The notes below the pieces were generated by a model that made no database searches, had not been told where the DNA came from, and was given only the letters and a program-made list of their open reading frames with translations. Below are positions 51,616 to 61,581 of a stretch of 64,000 nucleotides of DNA, piece after piece (within the stretch, counting starts at the first letter, position 1; every line of letters starts with the position of its first letter). The stretch covers positions 97,300 to 161,299 of the forward strand of contig JAJRVJ010000028.1 of the NCBI GenBank assembly GCA_024277435.1, given 5' to 3'. The translations under genes and the position numbers were made by a program. The DNA is from Patescibacteria group bacterium (GTDB lineage: Bacteria; Patescibacteriota; Patescibacteriia; UBA9570).

Positions 51616-53001
51616 CTAGTCGAAGTCTGGCGCACCCATACCTGTTTTTTCGAGGTTAGTAAAACTGGCTTTTTCTTGGTCAAAGTATAGCTCAACTCGG
51701 CCGGTTGGTCCATTACGATGTTTAGCCACAATAATATCGGCAATGTTCTTACGATCGGAATCTTTCTTGTAGTATTCTTCACGATAAATAAACATTACTA
51801 CATCGGCATCTTGCTCAATCGAACCGGAATCACGGAGATGAGATAGTTTTGGAATAGGTACGTTCTGTTGTTCTACAGCGCGAGATAACTGCGATAGACA
51901 TAGTACAGGAAGATTGAGCTCACGGGCTAAACCTTTAAGCTGGCGGGATATTTTCGCAATTTCTTGTACCCGGTTTTCTGTATTTACCTTACCTTCCATT
52001 AATTGCAGGTAATCAATAACAATCAATCCTAAGCCATGCTCCATTTGTAAACGACGGGCTTTGGTACGAATTTCTAGTGCGTTGGTATTTGCTGCATCAT
52101 CAATGTATAACGGAGCTTCCGATAATATACCCATAGCTTGCCCGATGCGAGGAAAGTCATCACTGCCGGGAGCATCGGATAATTTACCGGTACGCATTTT
52201 CCATAAATCTACATCGGCTTGAGCACACAGTAGGCGATCCACTAACTGATCCTTGCTCATTTCTAGGCTGAACAATCCAACTGGTATGCGTTCAGCTACA
52301 GCAACATGACGAGCAATATCTAAAGCCAGCGATGTTTTACCCATGGATGGGCGAGCCGCTAAGATAACTAAATCTGATTTTTGTAATCCACCAAGTTTTT
52401 TATCGAGATCTACAAAGCCAGTTGATACCCCACGTAATTTACCAGATTCTTTATGAATTTCATCAATGCGATCGAACGCATCAGCCAGGATACTAGAAAT
52501 TGGTGTAAAGTTCTGACGCAGATTTTTTTGAGAAACTGAGAATAGTGTTTGTTCTGCTACGTCTAGCTTTTCACCTAAATCTTCCGTTTCATCATCTAGA
52601 GCAGTATTTAAAATTTCATGCGCAGCTTGAATCAGGCGTCGTAATGTTGCTTTACGCTGAATGATATTGGTATAGCTTACTACATTGGCGGCAGTAGGAA
52701 CTGCGTTCGTAAGAGTAACTAAATAACTGCGACCACCCATGCTTTCTAATACATTTTGGTCGGTTAGGCGATTGGTAAGATTTAGTACATCAATTGGTTC
52801 GCGTCTATTATAGAGATCGATCATGGCCTGAAAAATGAGGCGATGCTTATCACTATAAAAATCTTCAGAATCAATAAGGTCAGCCACTTGAAGAACAGCA
52901 TCTTTGTTGATTAACAGTGAACCCAAACAGGCTTGTTCAGCCTCAAGATTATGAGGGGGAACCGCTGCTTTAAGTTGAGTTGATGTTATTTTGTCGGTCA
53001 T
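51616..53001 (-). CDS. dnaB: replicative DNA helicase DnaB
   Basis: 461 aa, with Walker A motif and no intein. Confidence 0.93.
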   Translation of the reverse strand: MTDKITSTQLKAAVPPHNLEAEQACLGSLLINKDAVLQVADLIDSEDFYSDKHRLIFQAMIDLYNRREPIDVLNLTNRLTDQNVLESMGGRSYLVTLTNAVPTAANVVSYTNIIQRKATLRRLIQAAHEILNTALDDETEDLGEKLDVAEQTLFSVSQKNLRQNFTPISSILADAFDRIDEIHKESGKLRGVSTGFVDLDKKLGGLQKSDLVILAARPSMGKTSLALDIARHVAVAERIPVGLFSLEMSKDQLVDRLLCAQADVDLWKMRTGKLSDAPGSDDFPRIGQAMGILSEAPLYIDDAANTNALEIRTKARRLQMEHGLGLIVIDYLQLMEGKVNTENRVQEIAKISRQLKGLARELNLPVLCLSQLSRAVEQQNVPIPKLSHLRDSGSIEQDADVVMFIYREEYYKKDSDRKNIADIIVAKHRNGPTGRVELYFDQEKASFTNLEKTGMGAPDFD

Positions 53002-53114
53002 GAATTACAAGATAATTAAGGTCATTTAGCTTACCTAAAAATAGGCTCTCTGCCAAGGTGGCCTCATCAACCGTTTATGCACATACTATAAGATGTGCCA
53101 TACTGTCATTAAGT

Positions 53115-54833
53115 ATGAGCAAAAAAGTTTGGCCGATATTAGGGATCGGCATAATAGTAGTTCTAGCCACATCTATGTTAGTAGTATTTATAGGGATGGG
53201 TAAAGTACCTGAAACTATTGTTACTGAGTACGATAACATTGGGAGTGTATCTCTTGGTAGGAGCATTAACGACATTACTGAAGATTCTACATCTATTATA
53301 GCTGGTATTATTCCGTATGACTTAGTTCAAGAAGATATAATGCGGGACACATTACAGCTTATCGCTACAGAGAATCCTGAAACAATATTACTTGTAAGCT
53401 CAGATAGAGTAGGAGTGTCGCAATATCCATTATCTACTATGAGCCATGATATTTCGAATGGAGTAAAAATAGATAGCGCTTTACGTGATGCATTAGAGAT
53501 TGATATAGATAATGAGGCATTCATAAATACACCCAGTATGATGGAACGCTTGGATATAGTAAATAAACATTTTCCAGAGGCCGCAGTGCTGCCAATAATA
53601 ATTTCAGAAGATACAAGTGCAGATACGCTAGATGTATTTACTAATGCGCTTATAAAGAATGCACCGCCTAATACGGTTGTGCTAGCTAGCGTAGATTATT
53701 CGCGCGACTTACCATCGAATCTTGCAAATGTACACAATGCATACACTCAATCATTACTTCAAACATTTGATATTGAAGAGCTATATACTGCTGATGTGGA
53801 TTGCTGGCAATGCCTTTATGTAATATCGACATATGCAAAAAATTATGAAGCAGATTATGTAGAGCATGAGCAAGTAAATTCAGTTACATATGATACCGCA
53901 GTAGCTATAGAGGATGACGTGGCTATTACAATGCTAGCAGTAGGGGATATCATGGTAGGGAGATTTGTAGAAACACTTATGAGGAGCAATGGTGATGGAT
54001 ATCCATTTGAGAAGGTGCAAACTGCAATGCAGGGAGTAAATATAATACTCGGTAACCTTGAGGGGCCAATACCAGTTTCACATTCACAAACTCCAAATGA
54101 GGTACTGTTATTTTCATTTCGTGAATCAACAGCCAGGCTATTGGCAGAACAGAAATTTACAGATGTAAGTTTAGCAAATAATCATACCCTTGATAGAGGG
54201 GAGGATGATTATTTCAACACCATTACTGAACTGGAAGAAGTTGGAATTAGTACCATTGGTCATCCTTGGGAGGTAGATTTTGAACGGGTGGTGAGTAAAA
54301 CAATTAATGATAAGAAAATTATCTTTACAGGATTTCATGATGCCACTCGTAGGGTTGATGCTGCGGCAGCTGTTGAATTAATTGCTCAACTGCGTAGTGA
54401 GAATCCTGATGCGTTTATTGTTACCACTATTCATTGTGGGAGTGAGTATGTTCTTCATTCAAATTCTCATCAACAGAATTTAGCGCACCAACTTGTTGAT
54501 GCTGGAACTGACGTGATTATTGGTCATCACCCTCATGTTGTTCAAGAGGTGGAGTTGTATAATGGTAAGGTGATTTTTTATTCGCTTGGTAACTATGTAT
54601 TTGATCAATATTTTTCTCAAAATACGCAAGAGGGATTGATGGTTGGAATAGAATTAACAGATAAAGAAGTTCGATATTCATTACATCCATTAGTAAGTAA
54701 GCGTAGTCAAGTACAGCTCATGCCAGAAATTCAAGTACAGCCCTGGCTCGAGGAGTTAGCTCTACGTAGTTCGGATGAATTAGAGGGGATTAAAGATGGT
54801 TTAATTACGATAGATAATCTGTTGACACCTTAA
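53115..54833 (+). CDS. CapA/PgsA-family metallophosphoesterase (poly-gamma-glutamate synthesis-type) with an N-terminal TM anchor and an extra N-terminal domain of about 230 aa. The start may instead be GTG 53058.
   Basis: C-terminal motifs GDIMVGR, NLEGP, LANNHTLD, GHHPHVVQ, YSLGNYVFDQ. N-terminal domain unassigned (weakly Memo/AmmeMemoRadiSam-B-like). Confidence 0.6.
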   Translation: MSKKVWPILGIGIIVVLATSMLVVFIGMGKVPETIVTEYDNIGSVSLGRSINDITEDSTSIIAGIIPYDLVQEDIMRDTLQLIATENPETILLVSSDRVGVSQYPLSTMSHDISNGVKIDSALRDALEIDIDNEAFINTPSMMERLDIVNKHFPEAAVLPIIISEDTSADTLDVFTNALIKNAPPNTVVLASVDYSRDLPSNLANVHNAYTQSLLQTFDIEELYTADVDCWQCLYVISTYAKNYEADYVEHEQVNSVTYDTAVAIEDDVAITMLAVGDIMVGRFVETLMRSNGDGYPFEKVQTAMQGVNIILGNLEGPIPVSHSQTPNEVLLFSFRESTARLLAEQKFTDVSLANNHTLDRGEDDYFNTITELEEVGISTIGHPWEVDFERVVSKTINDKKIIFTGFHDATRRVDAAAAVELIAQLRSENPDAFIVTTIHCGSEYVLHSNSHQQNLAHQLVDAGTDVIIGHHPHVVQEVELYNGKVIFYSLGNYVFDQYFSQNTQEGLMVGIELTDKEVRYSLHPLVSKRSQVQLMPEIQVQPWLEELALRSSDELEGIKDGLITIDNLLTP

Positions 54834-54880
54834 TCTAAGCTTGCTAGAATAGTCCAGACCTGCACTATGTAGGTTTGTAG

Positions 54881-54953
54881 GGGACGTTAGCTCAGTTGGT
54901 AGAGCAGCAGCCTTTTAAGCTGATGGTCACTGGTTCAAATCCAGTACGTCCCA
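54881..54953 (+). tRNA. tRNA-Lys (anticodon TTT), CCA not encoded
   Basis: Cloverleaf with acceptor gggacgt/acgtccc, D-arm gctc-agttggta-gagc, anticodon loop cTTTTaa, T-arm actgg-ttcaaat-ccagt, and discriminator A. Confidence 0.85.
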
Positions 54954-54960
54954 CAAATAA

Positions 54961-54989
54961 AATAACGCTATAATAGGCGTTATTTTTTA
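54961..54989. terminator. hairpin aataacgc-tataatag-gcgttatt followed by T6 (bidirectional: after tRNA-Lys and after the minus-strand gene at 55004)
   Basis: 8-bp stem followed by TTTTTTAT. Confidence 0.6.
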
Positions 54990-55003
54990 TTAAGCAAATC
55001 CTC

Positions 55004-55297
55004 TTAGTCTTTGATCGGCAATAGTGATGGTTTACCGTGAGCCTTGATATCCGCTGGTCGTTTTACTGAGAAATAATAAATGAGGCCGCCAATCCAACCA
55101 GCTAGCGCAACTACTAACATCCAAGTAGTTTTGTCGTTTTCTTTTTCAAAATCTCGTTTTACAACATCGATTAACATCATTATCCAAAATACGATACCGA
55201 AAATAGCAAAAATAAAGATCACAAAATATAACAGCATAAAAAAAGCCATAAAGCCGAACGAGAAGATCATGATGAACATTGCTGCAATTGTTTCCAT
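55004..55297 (-). CDS. small membrane protein with a PLDc_N-like (PLD nuclease N-terminal) TM domain
   Basis: 97 aa, 3 TM. WIMMLIDVVKRDFEKENDKTTWMLVVALAGWIGGLIYYF. Confidence 0.55.
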   Translation of the reverse strand: METIAAMFIMIFSFGFMAFFMLLYFVIFIFAIFGIVFWIMMLIDVVKRDFEKENDKTTWMLVVALAGWIGGLIYYFSVKRPADIKAHGKPSLLPIKD

Positions 55298-55362
55298 AGA
55301 GATATGGTAACTTATATATTTTTAGGTGACAATAGGGCAATTTTATGGTATACTAATCTTCT

Positions 55363-55578
55363 ATGTGGCAAGCACTATCAACAACAATAGGTAAGTATTT
55401 CTTAGGTTGGTTAAAATCTCAATTCAAAGGCAATCCTTTAATTGAGAATACATCTGAATATCTAGCAAAGGCAGGTGCTTCCATACAGGTTGGAATTATT
55501 GCAATGGTGAGTATCATTGCATTTGGTTTTTTACTATATACATTTATGATCGTCGCTGTTGTAAAAGGATGGCTTTAA
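55363..55578 (+). CDS. small hypothetical membrane protein (71 aa)
   Basis: ORF with two hydrophobic segments, directly upstream of the ATPase. Confidence 0.35.
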   Translation: MWQALSTTIGKYFLGWLKSQFKGNPLIENTSEYLAKAGASIQVGIIAMVSIIAFGFLLYTFMIVAVVKGWL

Positions 55579-55594
55579 CGTTTTAATAATACAT

Positions 55595-58282
55595 ATGCCA
55601 GATATTACATTTTTTAACATTTCAAAGGAGGATGCTTTTAAAAACCTTGATACTAATGATAAGGGGTTAACTACTAAAGAGGTTACTCGCCGTCAAGGAT
55701 ATTACGGTTTAAATAAATTACCTGAAGAAGCTGCTACGCCATGGTATAAATTATTCATAGAGCAATTCAAAAGCTCATTGGTGTTTATTTTGGTTATTGC
55801 AGCTGGTATTAGCTTTGGATTAGAAGAGCCGGTGGACGGTACTGTAATACTCGCTGCCGTTGTTATTCAAGTGCTCGTTGGTTTTGTACAGGAGTTTCGT
55901 GCTCAGCGTTCGCTAGCTGCCTTAAAGCAAGTTATTTCATTATCAGCTCGCGTATTACGTAACGGAAAAGAAGGGGGTGTTGCTGCGGAAGCTTTAGTGC
56001 CTGGCGACATTGTATTGCTTAGTGCTGGTGATAAGGTGCCAGCTGATGTGCGTTTAATCGAAGTGCATGATTTTGAAGTAGATGAAGCACCGCTTACGGG
56101 AGAGTCTGAGCCGATTAAGAAACAAATAAAAGTGTTAGATAATGATACGGATTTAGCCGAACGCAGTAACATGGCATTTACAGGAACAGTAGCAACGAAA
56201 GGCCAGGCTATTGGTATGGTTACTTTTACTGGGCAGTACACAGAAATTGGAAAGATCGCGCAACTTATAAAAGATACCGAGGATGAGCCAACTCCGTTAC
56301 AAGATAAGCTCACACAGTTTTCTAAAAGAATTAGTATTGTTGTAGTGATAATCGCTGTAGCCATCGCAGTGTTTGGGTACTTCACTCAGGGTGACTTCAC
56401 TACAATGTTTACCGTGGCTGTAGCAGTTGCTGTATCAGCTATTCCAGAGGGATTGGCTGTGGCGGTAACTATTATTCTGGCAGTTGGTATGCAACGCATG
56501 ATTAAACGTGATGCTTTAGTACGAAAATTATTAGCCGCTGAAACCCTTGGTTCTACAAATGTAATTTGTACGGATAAGACGGGAACTCTTACCGAAGGTA
56601 ATATGCAAATTACCGATATTATTACGTGGGAAAATAATTTTGCAGTAGATGGGACAAATACAACGCATGATAAAAATGGTGCGAGGGATTTAATATTTTC
56701 ATTACGCCTTGGATTATTATGTAACGATGCCAAAGTAGATAATATTGAGGACAATATTGGTGATTGGAAAATTTCAGGAAATCTTACTGAACGAGCATTG
56801 TTAATGGCCGGATCACAAGCCGGATTGCATTTTCACGATATTCAAAAAGAGGCGCCACGCATAGACGCAATTCCATTTGATTCTAGTATTAAGTATATGG
56901 CTACGTTGCATCGGGAAGCGCAAGGTAGAATGTTGTATGTAAAAGGAGCTCCAGAAATTATTATCTCTAAATGTTCGAAGGTAATGGCATCTGGCAAGGC
57001 CATCTCTTTTGATAAGGTCAAGCAAAAGAAATTTCAAAAGAAATTTATACAACTCTCTAAACAAGGCTTGCGTATTATAGCGTTGGCGTACAAGAATACA
57101 GGAGAAGCTACTAAAGAAATTACCGATAATACATTATCTGATTTGGTGTTTGTAGGATATGTTGGCATTAAGGATCCGTTACGTAAAGAGGCGAAACAAA
57201 CTGTAGCGCGCTGCCTTGATGCTGGTATTCAAACTGTAATGATTACAGGTGATCATAAGCTAACTGCTCAAGCTATTGCCAAAGAGCTTGGTTTAAAATT
57301 TGATGAGCATAATATCATGGAGGGCAAGGAGTTGGATAGTCTTTCTCAACATGAATTAAACAAGCGTGTGAAAGATATTACAGTATATGCTCGTGTAACT
57401 CCAGAGCATAAATTACGCATCGTCAATGCGTGGCAAGCAAATGACATGGTAGTTGCGATGACAGGTGATGGTATTAATGATTCCCCAGCTATTAAAGCGG
57501 CGGATATTGGTATTGCGCTTGGCTCTGGCACAGATGTTGCAAAAGAAACGGCCGATATGGTTATTTTGGATGATAATTTTGAAACAATTGTTGAAGCCGT
57601 GGAAGAGGGGCGTGGAATATTTGATAATATTAAAAAAACTGTATTGTATCTGTTATCAGATAGTTTTTCGGAAGTGATATTAATTATTGGGGCATTATTA
57701 TTAGGCTTACCAATTCCAATTACTGCAGCACAAATTTTATGGATTAATCTCATCGATGATAGCTTTCCAAGTTTAGCCATGACGCAAGAACCAAAAGAGC
57801 TAGAAAGTATGAAGGAAAAACCGCGTGGTCGTAAAGCGCAAATTTTAGATGGCGAAGTAAAAATATTGATTGTAATTATTAGTGTCGTCACTGGTTTCAT
57901 GAATCTTGCGCGATTCTACTTTGTATATTCTACTACCGGTGATCTTGATTTGGCGCGTACAGTAGTATTCTTATCCTTAGGAATTGATTCATTATTCTAT
58001 ATGTTTAGTGTGCGGTCTATGCGCAAGATGATTTGGCAGAAGAATCTATTTTCGAATAAGTGGTTAATTGGTGCGTTCTTCCTGGGAATTTTATTCCAGG
58101 TAATTCCAATTTACGTGCCATTCTTCCAGAAATATATCAATACGGTTCCACTCGGTTGGGAACAGTGGGTAGTAGCGCTTTCACTATCAGTTGCGGTAAT
58201 TGTGAGTATTGAGACTATTAAATTTATATTCTTGCACGTGCTACGCAAAAAAAATCCAGAACAAGAGTTGCAACGAGCATAA
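55595..58282 (+). CDS. P-type cation-transporting ATPase (type IIA/IIB Ca2+/Mg2+-like)
   Basis: 895 aa. Motifs TGES, ICTDKTGTLT, MITGDH, GDGINDSPAIKAADIGIA. Confidence 0.9.
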   Translation: MPDITFFNISKEDAFKNLDTNDKGLTTKEVTRRQGYYGLNKLPEEAATPWYKLFIEQFKSSLVFILVIAAGISFGLEEPVDGTVILAAVVIQVLVGFVQEFRAQRSLAALKQVISLSARVLRNGKEGGVAAEALVPGDIVLLSAGDKVPADVRLIEVHDFEVDEAPLTGESEPIKKQIKVLDNDTDLAERSNMAFTGTVATKGQAIGMVTFTGQYTEIGKIAQLIKDTEDEPTPLQDKLTQFSKRISIVVVIIAVAIAVFGYFTQGDFTTMFTVAVAVAVSAIPEGLAVAVTIILAVGMQRMIKRDALVRKLLAAETLGSTNVICTDKTGTLTEGNMQITDIITWENNFAVDGTNTTHDKNGARDLIFSLRLGLLCNDAKVDNIEDNIGDWKISGNLTERALLMAGSQAGLHFHDIQKEAPRIDAIPFDSSIKYMATLHREAQGRMLYVKGAPEIIISKCSKVMASGKAISFDKVKQKKFQKKFIQLSKQGLRIIALAYKNTGEATKEITDNTLSDLVFVGYVGIKDPLRKEAKQTVARCLDAGIQTVMITGDHKLTAQAIAKELGLKFDEHNIMEGKELDSLSQHELNKRVKDITVYARVTPEHKLRIVNAWQANDMVVAMTGDGINDSPAIKAADIGIALGSGTDVAKETADMVILDDNFETIVEAVEEGRGIFDNIKKTVLYLLSDSFSEVILIIGALLLGLPIPITAAQILWINLIDDSFPSLAMTQEPKELESMKEKPRGRKAQILDGEVKILIVIISVVTGFMNLARFYFVYSTTGDLDLARTVVFLSLGIDSLFYMFSVRSMRKMIWQKNLFSNKWLIGAFFLGILFQVIPIYVPFFQKYINTVPLGWEQWVVALSLSVAVIVSIETIKFIFLHVLRKKNPEQELQRA

Positions 58283-58392
58283 AAATTGACCAGATGCGTA
58301 ATACGCGATAAGCTTCTCGATACTTTATACGCCTCGGGGGAGTGCGTATATGTTTGACATTTTGGGTACAGCTTCATACAAGGAGCTGAAAA

Positions 58393-58716
58393 GTGCCTAC
58401 ACCGGAACGTCCGGCGGTGCTGATTCATTCAGCTACCGCAGAAATATACGAGTTCCTGCCAACTCGTGATCGGCAGCGGCGACAAGACTCTCTCGCTCAG
58501 TTACAACTACTCAAGCAGCTGCTGCAGCGCCTCACAAGCAACGACATTACTCTGTCGCGTGCAGGGGAGTTGATTGTGAGACCCAACTTGGCGAGGCGCC
58601 GGCTGAGGGAGAATCCTCATAATCTGACGCACTACTGGGCAGCACGCTATAGTCGCTGCACTAACTGGGCTATGCTGCAATATGTTTTGCGCCTGTGCGC
58701 ACTATGCCCGGCATAG
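58393..58716 (+). CDS. hypothetical protein (107 aa), first ORF of GC-rich island C
   Basis: SD AGGAGC followed by GTG. GC-rich codon usage. Preceded by TTGACA-like promoter 58345-58375. Overlaps the next ORF by 22 nt in another frame. Confidence 0.4.
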   Translation: MPTPERPAVLIHSATAEIYEFLPTRDRQRRQDSLAQLQLLKQLLQRLTSNDITLSRAGELIVRPNLARRRLRENPHNLTHYWAARYSRCTNWAMLQYVLRLCALCPA

Positions 58717-58901
58717 ATCATTTGGTTGGCGAGTTGAATCGGGCTGGTCATCCGTTGCGTGAGCAAGTGCGACGCGCTCGGTTTGCTACTGATGTGCGCA
58801 TGCTACTCGCTGCGACGCGTCGCCTTACGGAGGCGCACCACCCGGCTGGAGCTGGTAGGCTTGTGGCTTGGCTCACTGGAGCTAAAGTGGAGGTGCCGTA
58901 G
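58695..58901 (+). CDS. hypothetical protein (68 aa), overlapping partner of the preceding ORF (possible two-gene module or frameshifted single gene)
   Basis: GC-rich ORF. Followed by hairpin cttggag-tag-ctccaag (58902-58918). Confidence 0.35.
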   Translation: MRTMPGIDHLVGELNRAGHPLREQVRRARFATDVRMLLAATRRLTEAHHPAGAGRLVAWLTGAKVEVP

Positions 58902-58977
58902 CTTGGAGTAGCTCCAAGAATGTTCAAGCGCCTTCTGAGTTCATCCCAGAACTTAGAAGGCAATAGGACAATACTCA

Positions 58978-59076
58978 TTGACTTTTTATTAAAATATAGT
59001 ACACTCGTGGCGCCTGTTAATTAGGCGTTCTTTACAATTAGGAGGAATTATCGTGAAGTTGAACGTATACTCGTAG
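58978..59076 (+). promoter_or_regulatory. promoter TTGACT-16-TACACT, then imperfect IR ggcgcct/aggcgtt, strong SD AGGAGG and a 7-codon mini-ORF (GTG-KLNVYS-stop, 59053-59076); candidate leader-peptide control region for the 176-aa ORF
   Basis: Hexamers at 58978-83 and 59000-05. SD 59040-45. GTG 59053. TAG 59074-76. Confidence 0.35.
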
Positions 59077-59194
59077 GTCACGGGTGCGGCAAATAGTGTG
59101 GTTTATACATGCGCATTACTTGCTACATCCGTGGCCACAAAAAAGAGTGGAGACGCTCTGATCTGTGTATCCCCCAAAAAAAGGTAGGTAAGTC

Positions 59195-59725
59195 ATGAGC
59201 ACCCCGCTCAGCATCATTCTCGGCAACTCTGTTGTCGGCCCCATCGTTCCCGTCCGCGTCGTCGAGACCGTGGATCCGCGGGTCTCGATTCACTTCAAGG
59301 ACGGCATCGTCCTCAACCTCGTCGGCCTCACCGCCGAGGAGCGCGATGGCTTCGACGAGACCGGGATCAACTGGCACGACGACATCGAGGACAGCGGAGC
59401 GCTGCTCCACCGCGACATGGGCGTCCTGTTCGACCGCAGCGGGATGACCAACCTGCGGCAGGGCGGTGAGCCCCACCCCGACCCCCGTGTTCGCCAGCAG
59501 GACTGGCAGAACACCGTGAGTTCGGTTACCGTCACCACGGGCGCCGGCCCCTACGGGCTGCTGGTGGCCCTCTGCGCCGCCGGCTGGGGACCCGCCATCA
59601 GCTCCCGGATCGACGTGGTCGGCCACATGCGGATGGCCGTGGGCAGCCGGGACTCCGCAGAGCTGGCCCGCTACGTGGGCGGGGCCTTCCGCTCCAGCGG
59701 ACGGAAGTACGTCCGGGTCGCCTAG
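59195..59725 (+). CDS. hypothetical protein (176 aa), GC-rich island C
   Basis: ATG with upstream AGGTAGG. About 65% GC. Followed by GC hairpin 59764-59802. Confidence 0.5.
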   Translation: MSTPLSIILGNSVVGPIVPVRVVETVDPRVSIHFKDGIVLNLVGLTAEERDGFDETGINWHDDIEDSGALLHRDMGVLFDRSGMTNLRQGGEPHPDPRVRQQDWQNTVSSVTVTTGAGPYGLLVALCAAGWGPAISSRIDVVGHMRMAVGSRDSAELARYVGGAFRSSGRKYVRVA

Positions 59726-59856
59726 AGCGCGCTGAAGAAGCGCAGGATCTACGGTTCAACTTCACGCCCCCTTCAATCGTGTATGCGAGGGAAGGGGGAA
59801 CGTGATCTTTCTAGATTAGATAAATAGTCTACAGAGAATACGTAAAATTTGCAGAG

Positions 59857-59884
59857 TTGACATATTCATAATTTTCCCTAAATA
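59857..59884 (+). promoter_or_regulatory. sigma70 promoter TTGACA-16-TAAATA upstream of the 60-aa ORF
   Basis: Consensus -35 and A/T-rich -10. Confidence 0.4.
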
Positions 59885-59892
59885 GTCGCGTT

Positions 59893-60075
59893 GTGCATTA
59901 CAACATAGTGAAGCGTCCCGCTGGCCTTCCGATAAAACTTCTCATGCAGCGGGTCTTCGGGCCGCTGGCGAAGGGAGATCCCCTCAAGCGAGACGTCGAG
60001 AAGAGGCGCCTAGGTAAGGTCACCCGCAACATGACCTCCGCCCTCAACACCAGTCGAGGTCTCCAGGAACTGTAA
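59893..60075 (+). CDS. small basic hypothetical protein (60 aa)
   Basis: GTG-start ORF, moderately GC-rich, between island C and asnS. Confidence 0.3.
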   Translation: MHYNIVKRPAGLPIKLLMQRVFGPLAKGDPLKRDVEKRRLGKVTRNMTSALNTSRGLQEL

Positions 60076-60136
60076 TTATTCCTAAATATTACACATGATA
60101 ATTGACGCATTAGGTAAGACTCCGTACAATACGCAT

Positions 60137-61432
60137 ATGAAGACAGTATTATTACGGGAATTATCCCAACACGTTGATAACGAAGTCACCATTCAAGGTT
60201 GGATGTTTAATAAACGTTCATCCGGTAAAATTTCATTCTTACAGGTACGCGACGGCAGTGGTGTCACGCAAGCCATTGTGAATAAAGCTGATGTTGAAGA
60301 ATCAATATGGAATTCGGTAGATACGTTAAATTTAGAATCATCTGTACGTATCACCGGTACAGTATCAAAGCATCCTAAGAAAGAAGAATATGAATTACAA
60401 GTTTCAGGATTAGAGGTAATACATAATGCGGCTCCAGATTTTCCAATTGGGAAGAAAGAACATGGTCCAGATTTTCTCTTACAGAATCGTCACCTATGGT
60501 TACGATCACCCCGGCAGTGGGCGATACAACGGATTCGTAATACCATTATTAATGTAACGTACGAATATTTTAATCAAAACGATTATATTAAAATTGACGC
60601 TCCGATATTTACCCCAACTTCTTGCGAGGATTCCACAGAGTTATTTGAAGTAGAATATTTTGATGAAGGTAAAGCGTACTTAACACAATCTGGTCAGCTC
60701 TATATTGAATCTGCGATTTTTTCTCATGGAAGAGTATTTGATTTTGGCCCTGTATTTCGTGCAGAGAAATCTAAAACCCGGCGTCACCTTACCGAGTTTT
60801 GGATGATGGATGCCGAAGCCGCCTTTGTAGATTTTGAAGGTAATATGGATATTCAGGAGGCGTTAATGAAATACATCATAGAAAAATCGCTACGTGAAAA
60901 TGCCTATGAATTAAAGGTACTTGAACGTGACGTAGAAGCATTAAAGAAATGCCTAGAACCATTTGTACGTATTACACACGAAGAAGCGGTTAAAACCCTC
61001 CAAGGCTTAGGTAGTGATATTAAAGACGGTGAAGATCTCGGTGCAGATGATGAAACGATGCTTACACAGCAATATGATTCACCGGTATTTGTTACGCACT
61101 GGCCGGCAGCAATTAAAGCCTTTTATATGCAGCCCGACCCTAACGATCCCACCAAGATTTTAGGATCCGATTTATTAGCACCTGAAGGGTATGGAGAAAT
61201 TATTGGTGGCTCTGAACGTATTCATGATTATGATTTGTTAGTGAAGAAAATGGAAGAGTTCAATTTACCACGAGAAGACTACGAATGGTATTTAGATTTA
61301 CGCAAATATGGCTCAGTTCCGCATTCCGGATTTGGCTATGGTTTAGAACGTATCACCGCATGGATTTCTGGCACAAAACATATTCGGGAAACCATCCCGT
61401 TCCCACGCATGATTAACAGAATTTATCCATAA
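60137..61432 (+). CDS. asnS: asparaginyl-tRNA synthetase (class IIb)
   Basis: 432 aa from ATG 60137. Motifs FRAEKSKTRRHLTEFWMMDAE, GSVPHSGFGYGLER. Confidence 0.85.
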   Translation: MKTVLLRELSQHVDNEVTIQGWMFNKRSSGKISFLQVRDGSGVTQAIVNKADVEESIWNSVDTLNLESSVRITGTVSKHPKKEEYELQVSGLEVIHNAAPDFPIGKKEHGPDFLLQNRHLWLRSPRQWAIQRIRNTIINVTYEYFNQNDYIKIDAPIFTPTSCEDSTELFEVEYFDEGKAYLTQSGQLYIESAIFSHGRVFDFGPVFRAEKSKTRRHLTEFWMMDAEAAFVDFEGNMDIQEALMKYIIEKSLRENAYELKVLERDVEALKKCLEPFVRITHEEAVKTLQGLGSDIKDGEDLGADDETMLTQQYDSPVFVTHWPAAIKAFYMQPDPNDPTKILGSDLLAPEGYGEIIGGSERIHDYDLLVKKMEEFNLPREDYEWYLDLRKYGSVPHSGFGYGLERITAWISGTKHIRETIPFPRMINRIYP

Positions 61433-61581
61433 ATGCATGGCAGCATGCGGAATATCTACAGTTGTTAAAGCATTATTCGCAAAAAAGAAACCACTATCTC
61501 CCAGATAGCCTAATAAAGCTTGCTACAATGCCTGAGAGACTGTATAATTGGGCTAAAATAAGCTTTAAATAAAGGAAATTC

